From: Eledone cirrhosa
Lineage: Eukaryota
Length of the DNA stretch: 64,000 nucleotides
Assembly: GCA_964016885.1 (NCBI GenBank)
Contig: OZ024740.1
Coordinates: forward strand, 419,926,001 to 419,990,000
Direction: 5' to 3'
This document shows, piece after piece, positions 63,001 to 64,000 of the stretch. The notes under the pieces are model-generated. The model did not search any database. It was given only the letters and a program-made list of their open reading frames with translations, and was not told the DNA's origin. The first letter of the stretch is position 1. Every line of letters starts with the position of its first letter. Both the position numbers and the translations under genes were made by a program.

Positions 63001-64000
63001 TGAGCCACTGGTCTGTATTTCACTTAGATACATTGCCACACTCTGCTGATCTCTCTCAGATGAGCCACTGGTCTGTATTTCACTTAGATACATTGCCACA
63101 CTCTGCTGATCTCTCTCAGGTGAGCCACTGGTCTGTATTTCACTTAGATACATTGCCACACTCTGCTGATCTCTCTCAGATGAGCCACTGGCCTGTATTT
63201 CACTTAGATACATTGCCACACTCTGCTGATCTCTCTCAGATGAGCCACTGGTCTGTATTTCACTTACATACATTGCCACACTCTGCTGATCTCTCTCAGG
63301 TGAGCCACTGGCCTGTATTTCACTTAGATACATTGCCACACTCTGCTGATCTCTCGCAGGTGAGCCACTGGTCTGTATTTCACTTACATACATTGCCACA
63401 CTCTGCTGATCTCTCTCAGGTGAGCCACTCGCCTGTATTTCACTTAGATACATTGCCACACTCTGCTGATCTCTCTCAGGTGAGCCACTGGCCTGTATTT
63501 CACTTACATACATTGCCACACTCTGCTGATCTCTCTCAGGTGAGCCACTGGTCTGTATTTCACTTAGATACATTGCCACACTCTGCTGATCTCTCTCAGG
63601 TGAGCCACTGGTCTGTATTTCACTTACATACATTGCCACACTCTGCTGACCTCTCTCAGGTGGGCCACTGGTCTGTATTTCACTTAGATACATTGCCATA
63701 CTCTGCTGATCTCTCTCAGGTGAGCCACTGGTCTGTATTTCACTTACATACATTGCCACTCTCTGCTGATCTCTCTCAGATGAGCCACTGGTCTGTATTT
63801 CACTTAGATACATTGCCACACTCTGCTGATCTCTCTCAGATGAGCCACTGGTCTGTATTTCACTTAGATACATTGCCACACTCTGCTGATCTCTCTCAGG
63901 TGAGCCACTGGTCTGTATTTCACTTAGATAAATTGCCACACTCTGCTGATCTCTCGCAGGTGAGCCACTGGTCTGTATTTCACTTACATACATTGCCACA
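57050..64000. repeat. 60-bp tandem array (>115 units, runs off the window end)
   Basis: Unit TGAGCCACTGGTCTGTATTTCACTTAGATACATTGCCACACTCTGCTGATCTCTCTCAG(G/A); stays in register with the 60-nt lines throughout, so no indels. Confidence 0.99.

Overview
Repeat-dominated, AT-rich eukaryotic non-coding DNA (intronic or intergenic), most consistent with an octopus/coleoid cephalopod genome. That taxon call is an inference from the SINE types, RTE-clade LINEs with (GAT)n tails and the microsatellite load. No protein-coding gene can be supported: nearly every ORF in the track is a translation of a tandem repeat or a decayed LINE. About half of the window is six minisatellite arrays (55/56, 29, 43, ~26-38, 53/54 and 60 bp units) plus long trinucleotide tracts. 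The rest is nested mobile DNA: RTE and CR1 fragments, two tRNA-derived SINE families, hAT, piggyBac-like and mariner-like MITEs, non-autonomous Helitrons, and a tRNA-Gly(TCC) pseudogene. Main observations: (1) the 14.4 kb 53/54-bp array is an expansion of coding sequence from inside one RTE LINE whose halves still flank it; (2) the indel-free 60-bp array carries a juxtaposed acceptor/donor motif (YYYCAG|GTGAG), intact in most units; (3) a 54-bp hairpin whose only non-Watson-Crick pairs are G-U; (4) a clean A|TC...CTAG|T Helitron insertion inside a LINE tail. Coordinates were read by eye; edges of decayed repeats are approximate.
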